A DNA stretch of 32,000 nucleotides from Desulfobulbus propionicus DSM 2032 (GCF_000186885.1 NC_014972.1:2610001-2642000), one strand, 5' to 3'; positions 7,417 to 15,406 are shown, counted from the stretch's first letter. The notes: generated by a model not told the origin, from the letters alone. Translations and numbers: made by a program.

Positions 7417-8745
7417 ATGATGCACGCAAACGAATATATTGAGAGCCTCTTTTCCTTTATCAACAACTCGCCCACTCCGTTTCACGCCGCAGCCAACGGC
7501 GCGGCATTGCTCAGCGCCAACGGCTTTCAACGCCTGCGGGAAACCGATCGGTGGAGCAATCTCTCTTCTGGGGCGTACTATGTCCTCCGCAACGACGCCA
7601 GCCTGATCGCCTTTTCCCTGAACGATCGGCTGCAACAGGGCCTGCCGCTGCGCATGGCGGGTGCCCATACCGACAGCCCCGGCCTCAAGGTCAAGCCCAA
7701 CCCCCTGCAGCAACGCCAAGGCTGTGTTCAGATGGGGGTCGAGGTCTACGGCGGCGCCTTGCTGGCTCCCTGGTTCGACCGGGACCTGTCCCTCGCCGGA
7801 CGGGTGAGCTGGCGTTGCCGTGACGGGCATCTCCACTGCGGCCTGATCGATTGCAAACGGCCGGTGGCGATCATTCCCAGCCTGGCAATCCACCTTGACC
7901 GCGAGGTCAACAGCAAACGCAGCATCGACAAGCAAACCGATCTCATCCCCTTGTTGATGCTTTCAAACGAAAAGGCTTCACCGGATTTCAAGAAGTTGCT
8001 CATCGACCAACTGGTTGCCGACAATCCGAACGCGTCGGAGGCGGAGGTGCTCGATTTCGATCTCTTCCTCTACGACACCCAACCTCTTGCCCAAACGGGA
8101 TGGCACAATGAATTCATCACCGGCGCCCGACTGGACAACCTGCTTTCCTGCCATGCCCTGCTGCACGCCCTGATTCGAAGCGATAACCGACACAACAGCC
8201 TGATCGTCCTCAACGATCATGAAGAGGTAGGCAGCGTCTCCACCGCCGGTGCCCAGGGGCCTTTTCTCAAGGACATCCTGGAACGGCTGATCCCCGACCC
8301 GGTGGTCCGCCGCCAGACCCTTGCCGGCTCCCTGTTCATCTCGGTGGACAATGCCCACGCGGTGCATCCCAATTTCATCGGCAAGCACGATCCGGAACAT
8401 CTGCCCCTGCTTAATCATGGACCGGTTGTCAAGACCAATGCCAACCAACGGTACGCCACCAATGGTCTCACCGCCAGCCTCTTCCGCCTGTTCTGCCAAC
8501 GGGCCGAAATACCCTGCCAGCAATTCGTCATGCGCAACGATCTTGCCTGCGGTTCGACCATCGGCCCGCTGACGGCCGCTGAACTGGGAGTTCCCACAGT
8601 GGACATTGGCATACCGCAACTGGCCATGCATTCGATCCGCGAGACGGCCGGCCGCCTGGACGGCTGGTATCTGCTGCGCGTCATGACCGCCATTTTCGCC
8701 GCTGGAGACGACGCGCTCCGCTGTCCGGAGGTCGGATTGCCCTAA
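7417..8745 (+). CDS. M18 family aminopeptidase (aspartyl aminopeptidase-like)
   Basis: 'FINNSPTPFHAAAN', 'GAHTDSPGLKVKP', 'NDHEEVGS', 'GSTIGP' and 'GIPQLAMHS' are M18 hallmarks. The protein is 442 aa. Confidence 0.9.
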   Translation: MMHANEYIESLFSFINNSPTPFHAAANGAALLSANGFQRLRETDRWSNLSSGAYYVLRNDASLIAFSLNDRLQQGLPLRMAGAHTDSPGLKVKPNPLQQRQGCVQMGVEVYGGALLAPWFDRDLSLAGRVSWRCRDGHLHCGLIDCKRPVAIIPSLAIHLDREVNSKRSIDKQTDLIPLLMLSNEKASPDFKKLLIDQLVADNPNASEAEVLDFDLFLYDTQPLAQTGWHNEFITGARLDNLLSCHALLHALIRSDNRHNSLIVLNDHEEVGSVSTAGAQGPFLKDILERLIPDPVVRRQTLAGSLFISVDNAHAVHPNFIGKHDPEHLPLLNHGPVVKTNANQRYATNGLTASLFRLFCQRAEIPCQQFVMRNDLACGSTIGPLTAAELGVPTVDIGIPQLAMHSIRETAGRLDGWYLLRVMTAIFAAGDDALRCPEVGLP

Positions 8746-8774
8746 AATCGTTCGCATACGGGTCCGGGAAAACA

Positions 8775-8816
8775 TCGCGCGCCCAGGTTGAGAGAGAACG
8801 CCTGGGCAAAGCGCGC
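8775..8816 (+). other. GC-rich stem-loop downstream of the aminopeptidase gene (possible terminator, no U-tract)
   Basis: GCCCAGG (8781-8787) pairs with CCTGGGC (8801-8807), with outer GCGC/GCGC pairs across an AAA bulge. AT-rich sequence follows, but there is no T run. Confidence 0.3.
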
Positions 8817-9045
8817 TCCTAAAATTCATTAAAAATAATTTATGGATGTAAAAATTAATTCTGAATGAATTTTTCTTGCCTCTCCTCTTTCTCTCGGTAA
8901 TAATCGTCGGATTACAACAACAAAGGCGAACCACCCCCGTAACGGCGGCCGCACACCGCCTGCCCTAGGGCCGCCGCTCAAGCAGCCCCAGACATTGGAT
9001 CGCCCCGATTCCGGAAAGAGTTGCGCTCCATGAAGAGGTTTCCCC

Positions 9046-9288
9046 ATGTCCATTGGCACCAAAAAACTCCAGGTTCTGCACATTCTCTCGCAAAATCTCA
9101 ACAATCCGCACCCACAGCTGGTCCGTTCCCACGATATCGCCAATCAGTTGAATCTCAGTCTCTCCGAGACCTATCTGCTCCTGAAGGTGATGAATGATCA
9201 GGGCGTTATCGAGAGCAACGTCGATCATCAGCTCTCCCTGATCACCCGCAAGGGATTGCAGTATCTCAACCGGGAGATCGCCCTGTAA
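9046..9288 (+). CDS. Small (80 aa) winged-helix-like protein, co-transcribed with the GAF-ANTAR regulator
   Basis: RBS AAGAGG lies upstream. 'SHDIANQLNLSLSETYLLLKVMNDQGVIES' looks like an HTH plus wing. The stop is 8 nt before the next start. The fold call is by eye only. Confidence 0.55.
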   Translation: MSIGTKKLQVLHILSQNLNNPHPQLVRSHDIANQLNLSLSETYLLLKVMNDQGVIESNVDHQLSLITRKGLQYLNREIAL

Positions 9289-9296
9289 GCCGGCGC

Positions 9297-10016
9297 ATGA
9301 ACGAAAACCACCCCCAGAACTACGACCATTATATCAAGGCGCTGATGGACATCAGCCAGGCCATCACCTCGGATCTGTTTCTCGAAGATGTGTTCAAGCT
9401 GATCGTCATGGTGGTGGCCAAGGTGACCGAGGTGGACATCTGCTCCCTGTGGCTGGTGGACGAAGACGTCACGCCCCCCAAAATCCGCCTCAAGGCCACC
9501 CAGGCCATTGAACCGGAGTACGTGATCGACCGGGCGCTCAACCTGGACGAAGGCGTGGTCGGCCATGTGGTTGCCACCCAAACCCCGCTGGTGATCGCGG
9601 ATGTGCTCCAGTGCGAGATTTTCAAAGAAAAGGAAATGGCCAGGAAACTTGGCCTGGTCTCGATGGTCGGAGTGCCGCTGAAAGGGAAAAAGGATAAGAT
9701 TATCGGGGTGATCAACTGTTTCACCTCCGTGCCCCATGAATTTTCCAAGACCGATATCAACCTGCTGACCACGGTGGCCAATCAGGCGGCGGTGGCCATT
9801 CGCAACACCGAGCTGATCATCAAGACCAAGATCATCGAAGAGGAACTGAAGGCACGCAAAAAGATCGAACGAGCCAAGGAAATCATCATGGAACGCCAGT
9901 CGCTGGGCGGCGACGAGGCTTACCGCTGGATCAGAAAGCGGAGCATGGATTCGCGCAAGACCATGCTCGAGGTGGCCGAGGCCATCCTGCTCTCCAACGA
10001 GCTCTATTCGCCGTGA
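9297..10016 (+). CDS. GAF + ANTAR domain RNA-binding antitermination regulator
   Basis: The GAF region (ICSLWLVDED...GVVGHVVATQTPLVIADV...SMVGVPLKGKKDKIIGVINCF) is followed by a coiled linker and an ANTAR helix bundle (IERAKEIIMERQSLGGDEAYRWIRKRSMDSRKTMLEVAEAIL). Confidence 0.9.
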   Translation: MNENHPQNYDHYIKALMDISQAITSDLFLEDVFKLIVMVVAKVTEVDICSLWLVDEDVTPPKIRLKATQAIEPEYVIDRALNLDEGVVGHVVATQTPLVIADVLQCEIFKEKEMARKLGLVSMVGVPLKGKKDKIIGVINCFTSVPHEFSKTDINLLTTVANQAAVAIRNTELIIKTKIIEEELKARKKIERAKEIIMERQSLGGDEAYRWIRKRSMDSRKTMLEVAEAILLSNELYSP

Positions 10017-10077
10017 CCCGCGCCTGCGGCCGCGGCGGGAGAAGGGAGGAAAAAGGCGGCTCGGTCACACTTACTTA

Positions 10078-10106
10078 TTGACAGATAAATTAAGTTTCAA
10101 TAAATA
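10078..10106 (+). promoter_or_regulatory. Candidate sigma-70 promoter for the glutamate-synthase-like gene leader
   Basis: A perfect TTGACA (10078-10083), a 17-nt spacer, then TAAATA (10101-10106), within a local AT-rich patch. The predicted TSS is near 10113-10116, which places both hairpins and the terminator in the 5' leader. Confidence 0.45.
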
Positions 10107-10122
10107 ATCACCTCGAAAGACT

Positions 10123-10181
10123 GGACACACAACGGCGTGTGTTTGGTTGACTTACTGCATGACATGACAAAGGCGTCTGTC
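10123..10181 (+). promoter_or_regulatory. ANTAR-type dual stem-loop RNA element (two hexaloops with A1/G4)
   Basis: Hairpin 1: GGACACAC (10123-10130) / GTGTGTTT (10137-10144), loop AACGGC. Hairpin 2: GACA(T)GAC (10161-10168) / GTCTGTC (10175-10181), loop AAAGGC. Both loops are 6 nt with A at position 1 and G at position 4. The loop and 3' arm of hairpin 2 lie within the terminator 5' arm. Confidence 0.65.
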
Positions 10182-10208
10182 TCCTTCCAGGGACAGGCGC
10201 CTTTTTTT
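10172..10208 (+). terminator. Intrinsic terminator in the 5' leader (attenuator) of the glutamate-synthase-like gene
   Basis: A 12-bp stem, GGCGTCTGTCTC (10172-10183) / GGGACAGGCGCC (10190-10201), has two G-U pairs and a 6-nt loop, followed by T7 (10202-10208). It lies about 60 nt upstream of the start codon. Confidence 0.8.
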
Positions 10209-10269
10209 GTCGACATCCTGTCTGTAACCGCAACTACAGACAATTATTTAACTAATTATGAGGAAAGCC

Positions 10270-11907
10270 ATGCGATTTGCAAAAAACAACGATGTTCTGG
10301 GCACCACCAACCGAGGAAACCCTGCTGAATCCGGCCTGTGCACCCTGTGCCGCGCCGATTGCATGGGGCAGTGCGAAACCTGGAAATCCAGCCTGGTTGG
10401 CCGCAAACTGCTCTATCCGCGTGATTTCGGTGTCGTCACCGCCGGCGCCAACAACACCACCCACGTGGGCGTCTCCTACAATTCGTTGCGTATCCAGGGC
10501 TATGCCTACGGTGCCCACGGAATGGCCCAGGGCTTGTCGAGCGATCCGGACAACTGTATTTTCCCCAATGTTGACCTGACCACCGAATTTGGCAACGAGG
10601 TCAAGACCAAGAGCCGCATCCCGCTGATGACCGGCGCCCTGGGTTCGACCTTCATCGCTGCCAAGTATTGGGATTCCTTTGCCATCGGCGGCGCGCTTGT
10701 CGGTATTCCGATCGTGGTCGGCGAGAACGTGGTCGGCGTCGACAAGGCCTCGGAAATCAAGAACGGCAAGATCACCAAGGCTCCGGAACTGGATCGCCGC
10801 ATCGACACCTACCTCCGCTATTTCGACGGATTTGGCGCGATCATCGTGCAGATGAACGTGGAAGACACCCGCAATGGCGTGGCCGAGTACGTGGTCGAGA
10901 AATACGGTGACCGGTGCATCGTCGAGCTGAAATGGGGCCAGGGCGCCAAGGACATCGGCGGAGAAATTCAGGTGGCCAGCCTCGAGTACGCCCAGTTCCT
11001 CAAAAACCGTGGCTACATCGTCGATCCCGACCCGACCCTGCCGGAAGTACAGAAGGCATTTGAAAAGGGCGCGATCAAGACCTTTGCCCGCCACAGCCGG
11101 CTCGGCGGCACCAACCTCAGCACCGTGGACCTGGTGCGCGAGGACTTCATGAAATCGGTTGACTATCTGCGCAAGATCGGCTTCAAGCGCATTTCGCTCA
11201 AAACCGGCTCCTATGGCATGGAAGAACTCGCCATGGCGATCAAGTTCGCCTCCGAGGCCGGCCTTGACCTGCTGACCATCGACGGCTCCGGCGGCGGTAC
11301 CGGCATGAGCCCCTGGAACATGATGCAGAGCTGGGGCGTGCCGTCGATCAATCTCCACTCCAAGGCCTATGAGTACGCCTCCATCCTGGCCGCCCAAGGC
11401 AAGCGGGTGGTCGATCTCTCCTTTGCCGGCGGTTTTGCCCTTGAGGACAGCATCTTCAAGGGGCTGGCCCTGGGCGCGCCCTACACCAAGCTGATCTGCA
11501 TGGGCCGGGGCATCATGATTCCCGGCTTCCTTGGCTCCAACATCGAGGGCGCACTCCATCCGGAACGCCGGGAAAAACTCAACGGCAACTGGGACAAACT
11601 GCCGGCGAGCATCAGCGCCATGGGCTCGACCCCGGAAGCAATCTTCGCTTCCTACTACGATGTGGAGAAAAAGGTCGGCAAAGAGGAGATGAAGAACATC
11701 CCCTACGGCGCCATCGCCATGTGGACCATGGCCGACAAGCTGGCCTGCGGCCTGCAGCAGCTGATGGCCGGAGCACGGAAGTTCCAGATCAACAAGCTCA
11801 GCCGCAACGACCTGTTTGCCGGCAATCGGGAAACTGCACGGGAGACCGGCATTACCTACATCACCGATTCCCGCGACGAAAGCGCCAAGAAGATCCTGGC
11901 GATGTAA
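10270..11907 (+). CDS. Glutamate synthase-related FMN-binding protein (GltB domain-2-like, stand-alone)
   Basis: Motifs include 'IPLMTGALGS', 'ELKWGQGAKDIGGE', 'ISLKTGSYG' and 'LTIDGSGGGTGMSP'. There is an N-terminal Cys cluster CTLCRADCMGQC (10339-10374). ATG 10270 is preferred over 10258 because AGGAAA lies just upstream. Confidence 0.9.
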   Translation: MRFAKNNDVLGTTNRGNPAESGLCTLCRADCMGQCETWKSSLVGRKLLYPRDFGVVTAGANNTTHVGVSYNSLRIQGYAYGAHGMAQGLSSDPDNCIFPNVDLTTEFGNEVKTKSRIPLMTGALGSTFIAAKYWDSFAIGGALVGIPIVVGENVVGVDKASEIKNGKITKAPELDRRIDTYLRYFDGFGAIIVQMNVEDTRNGVAEYVVEKYGDRCIVELKWGQGAKDIGGEIQVASLEYAQFLKNRGYIVDPDPTLPEVQKAFEKGAIKTFARHSRLGGTNLSTVDLVREDFMKSVDYLRKIGFKRISLKTGSYGMEELAMAIKFASEAGLDLLTIDGSGGGTGMSPWNMMQSWGVPSINLHSKAYEYASILAAQGKRVVDLSFAGGFALEDSIFKGLALGAPYTKLICMGRGIMIPGFLGSNIEGALHPERREKLNGNWDKLPASISAMGSTPEAIFASYYDVEKKVGKEEMKNIPYGAIAMWTMADKLACGLQQLMAGARKFQINKLSRNDLFAGNRETARETGITYITDSRDESAKKILAM

Positions 11908-11926
11908 TTCCTCACCTTTTACCTTT

Positions 11927-11949
11927 CCGGGCAGGGCCTCCCTGCCCGG
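11927..11949. terminator. Perfect GC-rich hairpin between convergent genes (possible bidirectional terminator, no clear U-tract)
   Basis: CCGGGCAGGG (11927-11936), CCT, CCCTGCCCGG (11940-11949). It sits between the stop at 11907 (+) and the stop at 11960 (-). Confidence 0.4.
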
Positions 11950-11959
11950 AAACCTTGCC

Positions 11960-13270
11960 CTACCTGATTTTCACCCACAGCAGTTCGGCGACGCAGTCAC
12001 CGCTGTTCTCCCACTGTTCCGGCGTCTCCTTGCGCAGATAAATCAGATCGCCCGCTCCGGCTTCCTGGCGTTGGCCATTGACCCATACCGCTAGGCTGCC
12101 GCTGAGCAGATAACCCATTTCCTCCCCTTTGTGGCTGAAAAAGTGGTTGAACAGTTTGCAGCTCGGCTCGATTTTGAGCAAGTAGGTCTCGATGGCGGTC
12201 TCGCCGAGATCCGGAGGCAGCAGGCGAACGCCTTCCACCATGCCCTTGGGCGCCTTGTCCAGGGCCGCACCCGTCCCTTCACTGCCCCGGTACACACAGC
12301 CTTTCGCCTCTGCGGCCAGACCTTCAAAAAAAGAAGCCACCCCGATGGACAGACTCTCGGCCAGACGAAACAGGGCCGGCAGGGAGGGATAGATCAGATT
12401 TTTCTCGATCTGGGAAATACTGCTGGGGGTAACGCCGGCTTTTTCGGCCAATTCCTTTTGGGACAGGCCCTGCTTTTTGCGCACTGCCTTGATCCGGGCG
12501 CCAAGATCAAAACGGCCTGGCAGGGGGCGCGGCAGGTCAAAAACAATCTCCGTCTCCTCGCAGCTGAAGGCCTGCGGTTCGTTGAGGAACTTGGAGTCAC
12601 GCTTCTCCGCCTTGAGGATCTTCAGGGCGGGCTTACCGTTTCGTACCGACAGATCGATCGCCACCTGGGCGATTTTGTTGATGTTGGCCTTCAGGCGGCT
12701 GGAATGCGCGCCTTTTTCCACTATCCAGTACGCGATGGTATCCAGCTCGTACAAACGGGGGCAGGTACGGGCATAGAATTTGGTGACCTGCTCCTCGCCG
12801 CCCCACAGATCCTGCATGCCTGTCAGGCTGTCCATGATGAACCGGATGTCGCCGGAGAGGTTGCCGTGCAGGCCGTAAATCGCCTCGCCCACCTGGGCGG
12901 GGTTGGCTGGATCATTGACCTTGATCACCTGATAGGGCCACTGGGCGCCGTCCTTTTCGTAGAACTTGTTGAACACCCCGGAGCGGTCGCCCTTGCCGTT
13001 GGTGAAGCAGTCGAGAATGGTGAAATTCTGGCTTTCGGCCAGCGGCCCGAGAAAGGTGACCACATTTTTCGGCGAGCGGTCAAAGCTGACATAGATGATC
13101 GGCTTTTTGTGGGCCAACGACTCGCGGATGAAATGGACGCAGAAGGCTGCGGAAAAACTGCCCGCATCCTCGTACCACAGAACATTGTCGCCAATGAACA
13201 GATCGCCGAGCAGGTGATCGAGCTGGCTGATTCCGGAGGAAACCCGTTTCTTTCTGGCTGCATCGGTCAC
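11960..13270 (-). CDS. Three-domain regulator: degenerate KaiC/RecA-like domain + XRE-family HTH + C-terminal cupin
   Basis: The N-terminus 'SGISQLDHLLGDLFIGDNVLWYEDAGS' resembles the KaiC/RAD55-type entry but has no GxxGxGK[ST]. The XRE HTH is 'IKAVRKKQGLSQKELAEKAGVTPSSISQIEKN'. The cupin is 'HKGEEMGYLLSGSLAVWVNGQRQEAGAGDLIYL'. The start is GTG, with AAGGTG 6 nt upstream. Confidence 0.8.
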   Translation of the reverse strand: MTDAARKKRVSSGISQLDHLLGDLFIGDNVLWYEDAGSFSAAFCVHFIRESLAHKKPIIYVSFDRSPKNVVTFLGPLAESQNFTILDCFTNGKGDRSGVFNKFYEKDGAQWPYQVIKVNDPANPAQVGEAIYGLHGNLSGDIRFIMDSLTGMQDLWGGEEQVTKFYARTCPRLYELDTIAYWIVEKGAHSSRLKANINKIAQVAIDLSVRNGKPALKILKAEKRDSKFLNEPQAFSCEETEIVFDLPRPLPGRFDLGARIKAVRKKQGLSQKELAEKAGVTPSSISQIEKNLIYPSLPALFRLAESLSIGVASFFEGLAAEAKGCVYRGSEGTGAALDKAPKGMVEGVRLLPPDLGETAIETYLLKIEPSCKLFNHFFSHKGEEMGYLLSGSLAVWVNGQRQEAGAGDLIYLRKETPEQWENSGDCVAELLWVKIR

Positions 13271-13279
13271 GGCCGCACC

Positions 13280-15079
13280 TTACTCGGAGGCATGGGCCAT
13301 GAGCCGCATATAGTCCTCGTGCCGGCTCATGCGGTCATCGAGCAGCTTGTTCTGGGCAAACCCGCAGGTGTGTTCCTTGCAATAGGCCCCGTCGGTGATC
13401 GAATTCATGACCATGGCCGGAATGTCGTAATGGTGGATGGTGGTGAACTTTTTCACCTTGCCCTCCTCGATGATCATGATCCGGTTCATGTGCAGACTGT
13501 CTTCCTTGTTGTTGAGATAACCGAGCTTCTGGAAACTCTTGCGGCCGTATTGCCCCGGCGGGGTGTGATCGCTGACCAGAATGATCAGACTTTTCTCGTC
13601 CAGCTCCAGCAGACGGTTCACGTACTCGGCCACCGCCTGGGAGCGGTAAAAGATTTGGTTGGCGGCCCGCTCAAGATGCTGATCTTTAAATTTAGAGAGC
13701 ATCTTCAGCACTTTGGGACGTTTCTCCTCGTTCAGCTCGTGGGGAAAGTGCCCATAGATGGTCAGGAGATAGTTGAACAGCGGCGGGCCGTCGGCCTCCT
13801 GGAGAAGGGGGGCGATGAATTCCAGATTTTGCGAAAAAATGGTGCCGTCGTACATGTAGCCCATCTCTTTGCTGGTGTCTCCCTTGATCAGGTAACTGTC
13901 GCTGCCGTTGACGTATTCCCGGGGAAAATACATCTTGGCGAACCCCATACCCTGATAGGCGTTGGGGGCGTTGAAAAAACTGGGGTTATAGGCGTTTGAC
14001 GCCATGGTCCGATAGCCGGCCGCCTGGAGCGCCCCTGGCAGGCAATAGGCGGACGCGCCGGTGAAACTGTTGAATTCGACCCCGGCAAGCTCTTCGAAGG
14101 CGGGCACACCGCACAGCACCTCGAATTCCGCCTGGGCTGTCTTGCCGCCGACCACCGGCGAGAGGGAAAAGCCCATCCTGTTGCCGAACAGTTTCTTGAA
14201 GCTGGGGTGAAAGGGATCCTTGGTGTAACTGGCGTTCTTGAACAGGGTGGGATCGAGAAAACTCTCCAGCACCACCAGGTGGACATTGCGCTTGTTGCCG
14301 TTGGCGGCGACCCAGCCGGCCAGCTGCTGGGCCTGTCGCTCATACTCGCCTCGGTCGCGATAGACCGCGGTCTTGGCCCGGGCCATCTGGCGTTCAGCCT
14401 CGCGATAGAGCAGCATCATGAAACGGCCGTTATTCTCGGCGCTGACCGCATCCGACCAGTATTCGATCGGCCGGCCCACCTTGCGGTAGGTGGCAGTGTA
14501 CTGTTCAGGATACCATTCCGCGGCCCCGATCAGCAGCACGAGCGGCAGGCCGCCGACCAGCACCAGCCAGAATTTTCGATAGTTGATCGACCAGAGAAAA
14601 TATCCCAGAGGCAGGACGACAAAGAGCACCAGCAACCCGATATACGGCAGGGAGAGCACCTTGAGCAGTTCCGGCACCTCGGCCAGCTCCGAGAAGCGAA
14701 AAACATTGCTGTACATCAGGAAATAGATGTCCTGGCCGAGATAGGCGTAAAACAGCGGCAAGGCCGCGAGCCAGGCCTGCCAGCGCGACGGCCGCAGGAT
14801 CATATTGAAATAGCAGTATAGATAGAACAGCAGGGTCAGCTCCCAGTATTCCTTCTTCAGCATGACCCCAGTGGTCTCGCCGTAGCGAAACAGCATCAGC
14901 GGTTCCATTTCGGTGAACGCCAGTACCCCGCCCAATCCACCCAGCATGAGAATGACCATGGAGTAGGCGTAGACGCCAACGAGAAACAGTGTGTAACGGT
15001 TGAACAGCAAGGAGACAGCACACAGGGAGACAGCCCGCGCCTTGAGCGCAAGTGCCGCGGAAACGCCATTGGTCGCCAT
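13280..15079 (-). CDS. LTA synthase / phosphoglycerol-transferase-like sulfatase-superfamily membrane enzyme
   Basis: About five N-terminal TM helices are followed by an extracytoplasmic alkaline-phosphatase-like domain ('VHLVVLESFLDP', 'LIILVSDHTPPG'). The start codon is uncertain because 15079 has no RBS. Confidence 0.85.
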   Translation of the reverse strand: MATNGVSAALALKARAVSLCAVSLLFNRYTLFLVGVYAYSMVILMLGGLGGVLAFTEMEPLMLFRYGETTGVMLKKEYWELTLLFYLYCYFNMILRPSRWQAWLAALPLFYAYLGQDIYFLMYSNVFRFSELAEVPELLKVLSLPYIGLLVLFVVLPLGYFLWSINYRKFWLVLVGGLPLVLLIGAAEWYPEQYTATYRKVGRPIEYWSDAVSAENNGRFMMLLYREAERQMARAKTAVYRDRGEYERQAQQLAGWVAANGNKRNVHLVVLESFLDPTLFKNASYTKDPFHPSFKKLFGNRMGFSLSPVVGGKTAQAEFEVLCGVPAFEELAGVEFNSFTGASAYCLPGALQAAGYRTMASNAYNPSFFNAPNAYQGMGFAKMYFPREYVNGSDSYLIKGDTSKEMGYMYDGTIFSQNLEFIAPLLQEADGPPLFNYLLTIYGHFPHELNEEKRPKVLKMLSKFKDQHLERAANQIFYRSQAVAEYVNRLLELDEKSLIILVSDHTPPGQYGRKSFQKLGYLNNKEDSLHMNRIMIIEEGKVKKFTTIHHYDIPAMVMNSITDGAYCKEHTCGFAQNKLLDDRMSRHEDYMRLMAHASE

Positions 15080-15377
15080 TGGAATATCGAACAGGAAGTG
15101 GGAATTAGAATGAACAGGCTATGCGGCCGGAAACTATAGCCGAATCCCATCCGGATCGGCCAACGGCACATACACATCAATTTAAAATACTATCATAATG
15201 AAAGAACAATGCGTCAACATATTTTTCCCGGCACCTTCCCCCTTGAAGCCTTGAACAACAAGGGTTCGGCAGGAGCCCCCCGCCTTTTTTCCTACCACCG
15301 CGTGCCTGTCCGGAAAATGAGCGTTTGCTCTCCGGCACTGTATCCGCCCCTTTTTGCATGCAAGGCGCTGAACCTGT

Positions 15378-15406
15378 TTGACAAGCGAATCACGGTTCAG
15401 TAATGG
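15378..15406 (+). promoter_or_regulatory. Candidate sigma-70 promoter for the acyl-CoA ligase gene
   Basis: TTGACA (15378-15383), a 17-nt spacer, then TAATGG (15401-15406), about 58 nt upstream of ATG 15464. It is bracketed by the inverted repeat CTGAACC (15368-15374) / GGTTCAG (15394-15400). Confidence 0.3.

Noticed and set aside
9052-9070. TGGCAC hexamer as a sigma-54 -24 element
   Set aside because: It lies inside the small wHTH CDS, and no TTGC-like -12 element follows at the required spacing.
10252-11559. 435-aa ORF on the - strand
   Set aside because: It is antisense to the glutamate-synthase-like gene and is a shadow ORF.
12131-13999. 622-aa ORF on the + strand
   Set aside because: It lies antisense to two genes with clear domain signatures (XRE/cupin regulator and LTA-synthase-like). 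Its translation is low-complexity (Gly/Ala/Leu/Val/Arg-rich) with no recognisable motif. This is the typical shadow ORF of high-GC DNA.
15333-15348. Sigma-54-like promoter CGGCAC-TGTAT-CCGC upstream of the acyl-CoA ligase
   Set aside because: The GG-N10-GC spacing and the GGCAC element fit. However, the -12 element is CCGC rather than TTGC, no activator gene or UAS is adjacent, and a competing sigma-70 candidate exists. The evidence is too weak to call. It would be worth a PWM scan.
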